Positions 17,971-27,620 are shown, numbered from the stretch's first letter. The stretch is 59,129 nucleotides of DNA from an uncultured bacterium (GCA_903831805.1 CAIKZD010000016.1:1-59129), one strand, 5' to 3'. Notes: generated by a model not told the origin, from the sequence alone. Numbers and translations are program-made.

Positions 17971-18660
17971 ATGGAAGCTCTCTATTCTAAAAAACTGGAT
18001 AACAAAAAAACCACTGCCCCGACGCAGGATTTTTTAGACGTGGCCGAAATCAAAGAGGATGTCATTGTTTTGAAATCAGGCACGCTGCGCGCCGTGCTGG
18101 CGGTCAACGCTATTAATTTTGACTTGAAATCCAGTGACGAGCAAGAAGCCATTATAACGCAATATCAAAACTTTCTCAATTCCATCGATTTTCCCATCCA
18201 GATTTTGATCAGTTCAAGAAAGTTGAATATGAAAAAGTATATGGATTTCTTGACCGGCAAAGAAAAAGGGCAGTCGAATGAGCTTTTACGCATGCAACTG
18301 GCGGAATATCGCAGCTTCATGGAACAACTCTCAGTCGTCTCCAATGTGATGGAGAAAAAATTCTACATCATTGTCCCATTTTCGCCGATTGAGAATGAAA
18401 ACAAGGGATTTTTCAGTAATTTGACCAGCCTCATGAATCCGCAAAAAAACATTTTAGAGAAAAGAGAGAATTTTGAAACTTACAAAAACCAGCTCTATCA
18501 AAGAGTGGACCATATCATTGTGGCGCTTTCCGGCATTGGCCTACGTCTTGTGCCGCTGAAAACAGAAGAGCTGGTTGAACTTATTTTTGATTCTTACAAC
18601 CCGGAAACATTCAATAATAGCGAACTGAAAGACACTAACCAGTTAGAACTGGCCAAATAA
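17971..18660 (+). CDS. Hypothetical protein resembling the N-terminal domain of Gram-positive-type VirB4
   Basis: 229 aa. TQDFLDVAEIKEDVIVLKSGTLRAVLAVNAINFDLKSSDEQEAIITQYQNFLNSIDFPIQILISS follows the pattern I recall for VirB4/ConE-type N-termini (recall-based). Confidence 0.5.
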   Translation: MEALYSKKLDNKKTTAPTQDFLDVAEIKEDVIVLKSGTLRAVLAVNAINFDLKSSDEQEAIITQYQNFLNSIDFPIQILISSRKLNMKKYMDFLTGKEKGQSNELLRMQLAEYRSFMEQLSVVSNVMEKKFYIIVPFSPIENENKGFFSNLTSLMNPQKNILEKRENFETYKNQLYQRVDHIIVALSGIGLRLVPLKTEELVELIFDSYNPETFNNSELKDTNQLELAK

Positions 18661-18682
18661 AAAACCAAATATTGCTCAACGT

Positions 18683-20509
18683 ATGTTAAATATATTCAAA
18701 AAGAAAGAGGCGGTTGCGTCAGAACCGACGCCATCTAGCGATGTTTTAGAATCGGAAAAATATTATCAAGAAGGCTTGTCCCGCCTCAACGACCTGATCG
18801 CGCCTTCGGCCATTAAGATTGAGCCAAAATATATCCGCGTGGGCGAAACATTGGCGCAAACGATTTTCATCGTGGCTTATCCAAGATTTTTGCATAGCAA
18901 TTGGTTTTCGCCCATCATCAACATTGATATGCCGATTGACATCTCAATGTTCATCCACCCGATTGAAACTTATGATATTTTGAAAAGTCTCAAGAAGAAT
19001 GCCACGCGCATCGAATCGCAGATCCACATGGAACAGGAGAAAGGCATGATCCGCGATCCAGCCTTGGAAACCGCAGTCCAAGACATTGATAGCCTGCGCG
19101 ACAATCTGCAGCAGGGTACGGAAAAGTTTTTTCGCTTCGACCTCTATATCACGGCTTATGGAGAAACAGAAAAAGAGCTTTACGAAATCACTAAGTCCAT
19201 TGAGGCTATCTTGGAAGCGCAACTGGTGTATGTGAAGCCGGCCATTTTCAAAGCGGAACAAGGTTTTAATTCCACTTTGCCGCTCGCCAATGATGAATTG
19301 GACATTGGGACTTCCATGAACAGCGCCCCGTTGTCCACCACTTTTCCTTTTGTTTCTTCCACTCTTTCCAGTGACACTGGCATTCTCTATGGCATCAATC
19401 GACACAATAACAGCCTTATTATTTTTGATCGCTTCGAAATGGAAAACGCCAATATGGTGGTTTTCGCCAAATCAGGTGCGGGCAAAAGTTATACTGTCAA
19501 ATTGGAAGTTTTGCGTATGATGATGCTCGGGACTGATGTCATTATCATTGATCCGGAAAATGAATATAAGCATCTGTGCGAAACGGTGGGCGGCTCATTT
19601 GTAAAAATCTCTTTGAATTCCGGCAACCACATCAATCCGTTCGATTTGCCACGCGTGGGTGATGATGAGGATGCAGAAGACATTCTGCGGAACAACATCG
19701 CTGCGCTGCTCGGGCTTTTGCACATCATGCTGGGATCCATCACGCCGGAAGAGGATTCCATTTTAGACAGAGCGGTCCGTGAAACATATGCTATGCGCGA
19801 CATCACCTCCGAAGTCAATTTTAATGCCCTGCCGAAAGAAGCCTATCCGACCATGTCCGACCTCTACCAGATTTTGAGCAGTATGGAAGGCGGAGAAAAT
19901 CTGGCCATTCGCATGGAGAGATATACGGAAGGAGTTTTCTCCGGTTTTCTCAATAAAACTTCCACTGTCAAAGTTGACAATCAAATGATGGTTTTCAATA
20001 TCCGCGACATGGAAGAAGAACTGCGGCCGGTGGCCATGTATATCGTGATGCAATTCATTTGGAATGAAATGCGGACCAATGTCAAAAGGAGGTTGGTGCT
20101 GGTGGATGAAGCGTGGGTGATGATGAAATATGACGACGCCGCTTCTTTCATTTTTGGCATTGCGAAAAGATGCCGAAAATATTTTACCGGGCTGACCACC
20201 ATCACCCAGGATGTCAACGACTTCCTTAGCTCGCGCTATGGCAAGGCGATTGTGACCAATTCCTCCATCCAGCTTCTCTTGAAGCAATCACCGGCCTCCG
20301 TGGACATCATTTCAGAGACATTCTATCTGACCGAACAAGAAAAATTTCTACTCTTGGAATCGAATGTCGGGGAAGGCATTTTTTTCGCCGGTAACAAACA
20401 TGTGGCCATCAAAGTGGTGGCATCCTACGCTGAAGATCAAGTCATCACCACCGACCCGGCCCAATTGGAAGAAATTGAACAAGCCAAGAAAGAGTTCAGC
20501 GATGAATAA
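18683..20509 (+). CDS. virB4: VirB4/TraC-like type IV secretion ATPase
   Basis: 608 aa with Walker A KSGAGKSY (GAGKS at 19475..19489) and Walker B RLVLVDEAW (DE at 20105..20110). The C-terminal region TTITQDVNDF...SSIQLLLKQ is typical of VirB4/DUF87 ATPases. Confidence 0.85.
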   Translation: MLNIFKKKEAVASEPTPSSDVLESEKYYQEGLSRLNDLIAPSAIKIEPKYIRVGETLAQTIFIVAYPRFLHSNWFSPIINIDMPIDISMFIHPIETYDILKSLKKNATRIESQIHMEQEKGMIRDPALETAVQDIDSLRDNLQQGTEKFFRFDLYITAYGETEKELYEITKSIEAILEAQLVYVKPAIFKAEQGFNSTLPLANDELDIGTSMNSAPLSTTFPFVSSTLSSDTGILYGINRHNNSLIIFDRFEMENANMVVFAKSGAGKSYTVKLEVLRMMMLGTDVIIIDPENEYKHLCETVGGSFVKISLNSGNHINPFDLPRVGDDEDAEDILRNNIAALLGLLHIMLGSITPEEDSILDRAVRETYAMRDITSEVNFNALPKEAYPTMSDLYQILSSMEGGENLAIRMERYTEGVFSGFLNKTSTVKVDNQMMVFNIRDMEEELRPVAMYIVMQFIWNEMRTNVKRRLVLVDEAWVMMKYDDAASFIFGIAKRCRKYFTGLTTITQDVNDFLSSRYGKAIVTNSSIQLLLKQSPASVDIISETFYLTEQEKFLLLESNVGEGIFFAGNKHVAIKVVASYAEDQVITTDPAQLEEIEQAKKEFSDE

Positions 20510-20520
20510 CATTTTTATGT

Positions 20521-21081
20521 ATGGCATACGATCCACAAAAAAAACAAGCGATTTTGGCGGCCAGAAAAAAAGCTAAACAACAAAAAGCCAGAGAAACAAT
20601 CAGAAAAAACAATACCGGAAAAAACAAAGGGCAAGCTGCTAATACCATAAAAAACGCCAGGAACATGATCGAAAGCGCCACGCCGTGGGGATTCCTGGCT
20701 CTTTTGTCCAAGATAAATCTGTCCGATTGGCCGTACGCGCTGGCACTCGTGGCCGCCATTTTCAAAGATATTATGGATTTCATGGAAGCCACCGGGTTCG
20801 GATATGCTATCGTTTTGGTGCTTACTTTTATGTGCTCCATTTGGATTGCTATGATGATGCTCCTGGCCAGTGGTGGAAAAGGCCGACAAGATCAGAAGAT
20901 CATCCGCAGTTGGCTCATCCTTCTGTCCGGCACCACTGCAGAATTGATTTTCGGTATCGATGTCTTGCCTATTGAAACCCTGACCGTGCTCATTATATTC
21001 GCCTTAGCGCTCCTGGCCAAACAGCAAGCTGCCAAAGCAGAAAAAGCCAAAAAAAGCTCGTCACAAGAAGCTTACGCCTAA
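20521..21081 (+). CDS. Small polytopic membrane protein with Lys-rich termini
   Basis: 186 aa with a basic N-terminus (KKQAILAARKKAKQQKARE), three to four hydrophobic spans and a basic C-terminus. Confidence 0.6.
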   Translation: MAYDPQKKQAILAARKKAKQQKARETIRKNNTGKNKGQAANTIKNARNMIESATPWGFLALLSKINLSDWPYALALVAAIFKDIMDFMEATGFGYAIVLVLTFMCSIWIAMMMLLASGGKGRQDQKIIRSWLILLSGTTAELIFGIDVLPIETLTVLIIFALALLAKQQAAKAEKAKKSSSQEAYA

Positions 21082-21096
21082 ATTATTTTTAGTATT

Positions 21097-21756
21097 ATGC
21101 AATTGTCTACCCGTCATTTAGAAAAATTATCCCCGCACAAGGAACTCGTGGTCACGACCAGCGTGGCTATGCTTTGTCTTCTGCTGGCAGCTATTTTTCC
21201 GGCGGACAACGCCTTTCAATCCATCTCGAAAAATATTTTTTTTCTAGTTGCCCTGCCGATCCTCTACATCAAATTGATTTTGAAAAATGATCTCAGTCAG
21301 TGGGGTTGGAATTTGGCAAACAAAAAAACCGGAATGCTTTTGGCTGGTGGCGCATTCCTAGTGGGACTGGTTATCTTCTTTCTCATGATTAATTTTGCCG
21401 GTTTTTCATCCTATTACGTGATAGACCCACTCGTGAAAAACAATTTCGGTTTTTTCCTACTGTATGAGTTGGTTTTTTTCAATCTCTTTTTCTTCGCCCA
21501 AGAATTTTTCTTTCACGGTTTTATCCTTTCGGCCGCCCGTCAATTTTATATGCGAGCCATCTTTATCCAGTCAGCAATTTATTTTCTTACGCTTTTATTC
21601 GCTAAAACACCAATATTGCAATCCGCTCCGCTTATATATCTTTCTCTGGCGGGGGGATGGGTGACTTACAAGACGCGCTCTTTTGTCTACTCGTATATTT
21701 CCGGATTATTGTTTATAATAATATTAGATGCTTATATCATTCATTTAATAAAATAA
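21097..21756 (+). CDS. CPBP/Abi-like polytopic membrane protein (degenerate protease motifs)
   Basis: 219 aa with about six hydrophobic spans. AQEFFFHGF occupies the position of the CPBP EExxxRG motif, but later His motifs are not clear. Confidence 0.35.
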   Translation: MQLSTRHLEKLSPHKELVVTTSVAMLCLLLAAIFPADNAFQSISKNIFFLVALPILYIKLILKNDLSQWGWNLANKKTGMLLAGGAFLVGLVIFFLMINFAGFSSYYVIDPLVKNNFGFFLLYELVFFNLFFFAQEFFFHGFILSAARQFYMRAIFIQSAIYFLTLLFAKTPILQSAPLIYLSLAGGWVTYKTRSFVYSYISGLLFIIILDAYIIHLIK

Positions 21757-21762
21757 GTCGGT

Positions 21763-24441
21763 ATGAAAATAAAAAATATAAAAAAATATCTAGCCTTAAT
21801 TATCCTGCTGCTTCTTATGGCACCGGCTATTCTCGTTGTGCCGGCACAAGCAGCTGATCCTATTCAGGCGATATTGAATAATTCCGGTGGAGCAGCCGTT
21901 GAAGGCATGAATAGTATATTTAGTGACTTGGGGGTGGATAAGGGAGAGGTGAAAAATTCAGTGCAAACCATGAATGCTTCACGCCAGAAACAAACATCCC
22001 CACAGGTATCGCTTGAATTCAGCCCCAGCAATCCCAAATTAGGCGATCAGTTGTCGGCCACCGCCACTCCACTTTATTTCATAAACGATATTAAAAAAAT
22101 ATACTTTACCTGGTTCCTGAAACAAAAAGGTTGCGATCGGACAGATAATCCCGATGCTACTCAAAAAACAAAATGCGATCTCAATAATGATGGCCGCGTT
22201 GACATAGAAGACTATAAGATAAAAGCGATGCGCGTTTTGGCGAATGATGATTTCAGTTGGGAAAGTGCCGACTATTCGCATTCGGACGGAAAAAGCAAAC
22301 ACGATGCCGTTTATGGTGGCACGGATCAGCAGGGGAAAAAAGCGCATTGTTATGTGCAGGATGTTCAGTCCGGCGATGTCCATGAGATTGGTTGCAATTC
22401 GCACCTTTTTCCGGATGCTCCCGGCCAGAAAACCGGAGACAATTCTTTTGGCAAAGATGAAGAAAAATTTTGGCACACTGATCCGACGAGCGCGGATACG
22501 GCTCAATCGGGGAACACTGATGAAGCGAATGTGGCGGGACTCGGCTTGAATAAATTTTCTTGGAACTATACCCCGGGCGACCGATTAGGTGTGGTGGTGG
22601 AAGGCTCTTCCATTGAGCCCTCCCAAACAAGAGATGCCTCTTATCGCACGATGTGGGCCGCTCCGAAAGGGCTATGTTCCAATAGTACGATCCAATTGGG
22701 TAATAATTATCCGAAAGTCGCCACTGTTACGCTTTCAACTAAAGCTGACACGCCAGTGAGCGGGGAAACGACCACAGTGGTTGAAAAAACCACTCAAGAA
22801 CTGCTTAGTCAGCAAGGCGATTCAGGTACTGTCAGAACAACCGTGGTCGACATTACGACCGTCACCAATACTGCCACAGGCGAAGTGCTTTCTGAAAGCA
22901 CTGAAACGATTTCCACCAAAGAAGAAACTGTTGACCTGTCAGCTGAAAACGATCTGGCGCGTAAAGAGGGCGGCAGAACAGTTCAAGAAATTTCCAACGC
23001 TTCCGACCTGAATGACTGTTTGTATAGTAACTTGGTCACTCCCTCGGAAAATAGCCCAGAAAGTAATAAGATAGACGTGTCTCTTACTTATTCTCCCACT
23101 TCTCCGATAAACGACCCGACTGCTTATGGCGACCCGAAGTTGAGTAATGGCGATGATATTGTGGTTCAATCAAGCATTTCTAATGCGACCGACAACAACT
23201 ATTTGCAATACTCCTGGGAAGTTTTTATGTCGGACGATCCCAATCCGGATGATTGGGGCAGTCCTTTGCCTAAAGCATCTTTGCCCGGGGTGACTCAGAT
23301 GGAAGGTTTGGGAATCACTTCGCTTAAATTTAAATTAAACCTAGCTCACCCGAAAAAATATCTCAATGTTAAACTGACAGTCAAGGAGAATGCGGGACAA
23401 AGTTCCAGTGGGGACAATTTTTCGCGAAGAGGCCACACTAGCGTCCTAATCCCGATCACTTCTAGTAATAATAATATTAAAATTTTCAGCACCTTAGTTT
23501 CGGCGGTTGCTCCACCTAACATCTCCACGCCTTACGTCAGCATGAACAAAGAAATTTGCACTACTGGCACGGAAATGGCTATTTGCCCCGTCACTAAGAA
23601 CAGTATCATTGGGCTTAAGGTGAATGCCGCTTCCCTAACTGATTTTCTGTGGACAATCAACGGTGCGCCTGTTACCAATAAAGAATGTTTCTACAGCGAT
23701 TGCAATATCGATAAACAAACGGGGGTGGCTTATTTTCCGGCCCTAGCAGAAGTGGGGAAGAATTATACGGTGGCTTTAACGGCTACCAACCAAGAAACGG
23801 GGGCAAAGGTCAGCTTGTCTAAGACTATTCAAGTGATTGATCCGGCCATTACTATCTCTTCCGCGGATGAAAGTGTTTGTAAACCGGTTCTTTTAGGCAA
23901 CTATATCGATCTAAAAGAAAAATCCTGGCCTGATTATAGCAAGACCAATTTTTTGGGACTGGCGGACAAGCCGATAAAGCTGCAAGCCGATGTTAAAGGT
24001 TTCACGCCCTTGCCGGGAAATTTGACCTGGACAGTTGATGGGCAAGAGGTGACCGCCTCCAACGTCGCTACGCTGGGCTACACATTAGACGATACCGGCG
24101 GTATTATTCTGCCGGCCAAAGCGCTTGGGGAGGATTATGAGGTTTCCGCTACCACCTTTTATGCTCAAGATATTCTCACGAAAAACGCGCTGAATAAATA
24201 TTGGGGTGTTTCCTATGACCAATTTTATGAAAAGAAAGTTTCCAGCAAGATAAGTATAAAATTACAAGCCAGCACCGATATGGTTGCTTCTGCTCAAGCG
24301 AAAAAAATTATGGCTACTATTTATAGCGGTACCCCGGCTTATCTGGCCTTTCTTTTGAGGATTGCACTCACAGCCTTCGTTATCCTTTTTCTGTCGCAAC
24401 TGACGCTGACGTTTTTCCCTAAAATAAACAGTCTCGATTAA
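21763..24441 (+). CDS. Large secreted surface protein with C-terminal TM anchor
   Basis: 892 aa with a signal peptide (LLLLMAPAILVVPAQAA), a dockerin/EF-hand-like loop DLNNDGRVDIEDY, a Thr-rich segment and a C-terminal hydrophobic anchor (LTAFVILFLSQLTLTFF). Confidence 0.7.
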   Translation: MKIKNIKKYLALIILLLLMAPAILVVPAQAADPIQAILNNSGGAAVEGMNSIFSDLGVDKGEVKNSVQTMNASRQKQTSPQVSLEFSPSNPKLGDQLSATATPLYFINDIKKIYFTWFLKQKGCDRTDNPDATQKTKCDLNNDGRVDIEDYKIKAMRVLANDDFSWESADYSHSDGKSKHDAVYGGTDQQGKKAHCYVQDVQSGDVHEIGCNSHLFPDAPGQKTGDNSFGKDEEKFWHTDPTSADTAQSGNTDEANVAGLGLNKFSWNYTPGDRLGVVVEGSSIEPSQTRDASYRTMWAAPKGLCSNSTIQLGNNYPKVATVTLSTKADTPVSGETTTVVEKTTQELLSQQGDSGTVRTTVVDITTVTNTATGEVLSESTETISTKEETVDLSAENDLARKEGGRTVQEISNASDLNDCLYSNLVTPSENSPESNKIDVSLTYSPTSPINDPTAYGDPKLSNGDDIVVQSSISNATDNNYLQYSWEVFMSDDPNPDDWGSPLPKASLPGVTQMEGLGITSLKFKLNLAHPKKYLNVKLTVKENAGQSSSGDNFSRRGHTSVLIPITSSNNNIKIFSTLVSAVAPPNISTPYVSMNKEICTTGTEMAICPVTKNSIIGLKVNAASLTDFLWTINGAPVTNKECFYSDCNIDKQTGVAYFPALAEVGKNYTVALTATNQETGAKVSLSKTIQVIDPAITISSADESVCKPVLLGNYIDLKEKSWPDYSKTNFLGLADKPIKLQADVKGFTPLPGNLTWTVDGQEVTASNVATLGYTLDDTGGIILPAKALGEDYEVSATTFYAQDILTKNALNKYWGVSYDQFYEKKVSSKISIKLQASTDMVASAQAKKIMATIYSGTPAYLAFLLRIALTAFVILFLSQLTLTFFPKINSLD

Positions 24442-24449
24442 ACAAAAAA

Positions 24450-25325
24450 ATGAAAAGAAAAAAAATAATTTTCGCCATTATTGCGGCTTGCAATTTTTTT
24501 CCAGCTTTGGTTTTGGCTGCTTTTTCCTATACTCCGATGGAAGCTATTCCAGGTTTTGGCAAGCCAGCTGATTTTCCTACCTACATCATGGCGGTTTACA
24601 AATTTGGGCTTTGGACTATTGGCATTTCGGCCATGCTTATGATCGTTTTGGGCGGCTATATGTATCTGGTTTCGGCCGGCAATGCTTCCCAAACCGGTAA
24701 AGCCAAAGGTGTGATAGCTGACGCCATCGTTGGCCTGATTCTGGCCTTGGTTTCTTGGCTTTTGCTCTACACGATCAATCCTGACCTGGTGCAATTTAAT
24801 ATTGGCCAAACAACTTCTACTCCTGCTCCTAATCCTACTCCTCCTAATCCTAATCCTACTCCTCCTAATCCTACGCCTCCTAATCCTAAGCCCAATCCTA
24901 ATCCTCTGGCTAATTGTAGCAATCTTAACCCAGCATTGAACTCTGAATTACAAAATGCTTCTTCTCAAAGTGGAGTGCCGACATCAGTACTAGCGGCCTT
25001 TATGCAAAGAGAATGTACTCCGGCAATGTCTAATCCTAATGCTTGTTCATCGAACAATTCTTATGGCGCCGGTGGATCGATGCAGTTTACAGATCCCACT
25101 TGGAATACCTACAAGTGTTCCGGAAGCAAATTTAATCGGCAAGATGCGCTAAATTGCGCGGCAAAAAAAATCGCCAAAGACAGCGGAGGAGACTATAGTG
25201 ACGCAGGTCTGGCCAAAGCGGCGAAAAGATATTGCGGATCATGTACCGATCCCAAAGCCTGCGGAGGAGATTACTGCGATGGAATAATCAGAAATAATAA
25301 TGCCTACAAGAGTTGCGCAACTTAA
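24450..25325 (+). CDS. T4SS pilin-like (VirB2/TrbC-type) domain fused to an SLT-like, Cys-rich domain
   Basis: 291 aa with a signal peptide and two TM spans around GGYMYLVSAGNASQTGKAKG. A PNP-repeat linker precedes a C-terminal domain containing ...RECTP...GAGGSMQFTDPTWNTY (lytic-transglycosylase-like) and 10 Cys. Confidence 0.7.
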   Translation: MKRKKIIFAIIAACNFFPALVLAAFSYTPMEAIPGFGKPADFPTYIMAVYKFGLWTIGISAMLMIVLGGYMYLVSAGNASQTGKAKGVIADAIVGLILALVSWLLLYTINPDLVQFNIGQTTSTPAPNPTPPNPNPTPPNPTPPNPKPNPNPLANCSNLNPALNSELQNASSQSGVPTSVLAAFMQRECTPAMSNPNACSSNNSYGAGGSMQFTDPTWNTYKCSGSKFNRQDALNCAAKKIAKDSGGDYSDAGLAKAAKRYCGSCTDPKACGGDYCDGIIRNNNAYKSCAT

Positions 25326-25344
25326 TAAATATATTTATAAAAAT

Positions 25345-26589
25345 ATGACTCTGTTCCAAAAAACTTTGCGTGTTACAATTTTTATCACGATCTTCTTTAT
25401 ATCCTCAGTATTCACTAAACCCGCCTCGGCCCAGCTTGCTACATGCAATACCTTTGACTTTCCGTCTGTCCAAAATAATATTTTGCGTTTTTTCAATTGT
25501 GATTCGGGAGAAGTTCAAGAATTTAACGGGCAGAACGCGCTTGTTTCAATTTCCGGCCAAGAAAATTTAGGGGGAGGTGTGCATAGTTTTGTTTGGTCGC
25601 CGGATGGGAAAAAGGCCTTTGTGCTTTCAGAAAACGTTTTAGCAGCCGTACAGACGCTCAAATTTTATTCTTCCAATCGGGAGTTGAACTCGCTGAATTG
25701 GTGGTCTTATGATTTGGACACCGACCAGGCAACGCTACTGGATAAGGATATTCTTTCGCTGGGCTGGGCTTCCAATAATGCTGTCATATATAATCTGAAT
25801 AATAAGGCGTTGTATGTTTCCAATGCAGACCTGAGTAATCCGGTCAAACTAATGGATATTAAAGGCGACTCATCCGATATAAATGACATCTTGGCGTCTG
25901 TAAGCTTGGGCGGTGTAACTATTTTTCCAATGGAAAAAGGATTCTATTCGGTCGAGACAAGCAGTCATATAGCCACCTATTTCCCATTATCCGGTGGAAT
26001 TCAAAAAATCATTACCGACCCTTTCAAAGAAGATTATTTCATCATCAAATCAGGCAGTGCCTTGTATAAATTTACTGTGGCCGACAAGAAATTGGTGAGT
26101 ATCAATGATAGTTTCTCCGCCGATGATATGTCATTTTTAAACAATAGCAATTTAATTATCGTCGGAAAAGATGGTAAAGCTTACTCATATGACATTAGCT
26201 CAAAGGCAGAATTACCGATTCCGCTCAAGGCTGCCGGCAATATTTTCAAAGTATTTTTTTTAGGAAATCCAGACGAATTCGTGTTCACCATTGGAAAAAA
26301 GATATACAAGGGTAAAACGGATGGATCAATCACTTTACTTTCAGTGGATGGAATAGCTTCTAGCAGTTCCGAAATTCCCAATAATAACTCTTTGTCACAA
26401 AAGCAACCACTATCCACCCCGGCAAATACAGCAACAGTAAATACCACAACGGCAAATCAATCCAGTGCGGATAACAGTTTGAGTCCGACAGCCCTAATAA
26501 CTATCCTCGTTATCGTTCTGGTTATTATAGGTGTCGTGCTTATTTACAAAAGAGTATCTTCCAAAAAAAATCCTAGCGATAAATCATAA
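25345..26589 (+). CDS. Secreted beta-propeller-like protein with C-terminal TM anchor
   Basis: ORF 25300..26589 trimmed to the ATG at 25345 (MTLFQKTL..., signal-like). It has a PD40-like motif FVWSPDGKKAFVLS and a C-terminal anchor LITILVIVLVIIGVVLIY. Confidence 0.6.
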   Translation: MTLFQKTLRVTIFITIFFISSVFTKPASAQLATCNTFDFPSVQNNILRFFNCDSGEVQEFNGQNALVSISGQENLGGGVHSFVWSPDGKKAFVLSENVLAAVQTLKFYSSNRELNSLNWWSYDLDTDQATLLDKDILSLGWASNNAVIYNLNNKALYVSNADLSNPVKLMDIKGDSSDINDILASVSLGGVTIFPMEKGFYSVETSSHIATYFPLSGGIQKIITDPFKEDYFIIKSGSALYKFTVADKKLVSINDSFSADDMSFLNNSNLIIVGKDGKAYSYDISSKAELPIPLKAAGNIFKVFFLGNPDEFVFTIGKKIYKGKTDGSITLLSVDGIASSSSEIPNNNSLSQKQPLSTPANTATVNTTTANQSSADNSLSPTALITILVIVLVIIGVVLIYKRVSSKKNPSDKS

Positions 26590-26637
26590 GAATTGTCGAG
26601 AGGAATTTTAAATTTATATATCCTTAATTTTTAGATT

Positions 26638-27600
26638 ATGCACAAAAAATTGTTGTTAGCTGCTTGTTTAGTTTTTTTAACCAGCACTTCTCCTTTGTTT
26701 TTCTTGACTCCATATCCGACTAAGCCAAATACAGCGCTCGCGGCTAGTTGTACCGGGGAAAATGGAGAAGCAGGCACCTGTACGGCTTCGGCCACTGATA
26801 TTGCTTGTCCTACTGGGACAACCCAAGCTATATCTAAGGAGCCTTGCCCAAATGGCGGTCATTATTGTGTCAGTAAGACAGAAGGTACGGGCGCTAAGTG
26901 CCAAGCTGATAAGGGTACTTGCGTGTCTAATTCAATTGGCGGCAGTAGCAATTGTCCAAGTGGAACCAGTCCAGTTTCGGTCGCAAATGATTGTCCGTCG
27001 TTCAAGAGTTGCTGTGTAACAACTGATACTCCACCTACTCCTACTACTCCTGCTCCACCCCGTACACCGCTAGAAGAATGTAAGGTAAAATGCTACGCAT
27101 CTGGCACAGTCACTACGGGTAACTCCGACCTGGATGCATGCGTTAAAAAGTGCAATGAATCATATCCCATTAACCCCACTCCTACTGATCCTACTCCTAC
27201 TCCTCAAACCGGCAAAGGCCTTATCCCTTGCGGACATGGAGACAATCCGGCGGATGCTTGCACACTGTGTGATTTTATCATTGGCTTTAGGAAATTGATC
27301 GATCTGGCTTCAGAGTTGCTCATTACAGTGGCGGTCACGGGGATTTTCATTTCGGGTGTTATGTATATAGTCTCAGCCGGAAGCCAGCTCACAGAACAAG
27401 CCAAAAAATTCCTCTCCGCCAGCTTAATCGGTTTTGCCATCGTCTTGTCCGCTTGGCTTTTGGTCAACGTAGTGATGTGGGCGCTTTCCTTCAATCCGGA
27501 GATGAGTATCGGAAAAAAGGATTGGCACACTTTCGAGTGCACCAGTCAAAGCGCTTCCTCCTCCACTACTCCGACTGGATCCACCATCGCCGCCAAATAG
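26638..27600 (+). CDS. Cys-rich ectodomain fused to a C-terminal T4SS pilin-like domain
   Basis: 320 aa with a signal peptide and 18 Cys in ~190 aa, with PT-rich linkers. The pilin module follows: ...FISGVMYIVSAGSQLTEQAKKFLSASLIGFAIVLSAWLLVN. Confidence 0.7.
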   Translation: MHKKLLLAACLVFLTSTSPLFFLTPYPTKPNTALAASCTGENGEAGTCTASATDIACPTGTTQAISKEPCPNGGHYCVSKTEGTGAKCQADKGTCVSNSIGGSSNCPSGTSPVSVANDCPSFKSCCVTTDTPPTPTTPAPPRTPLEECKVKCYASGTVTTGNSDLDACVKKCNESYPINPTPTDPTPTPQTGKGLIPCGHGDNPADACTLCDFIIGFRKLIDLASELLITVAVTGIFISGVMYIVSAGSQLTEQAKKFLSASLIGFAIVLSAWLLVNVVMWALSFNPEMSIGKKDWHTFECTSQSASSSTTPTGSTIAAK

Positions 27601-27620
27601 GTTTTCGTTAAAATAAAATT

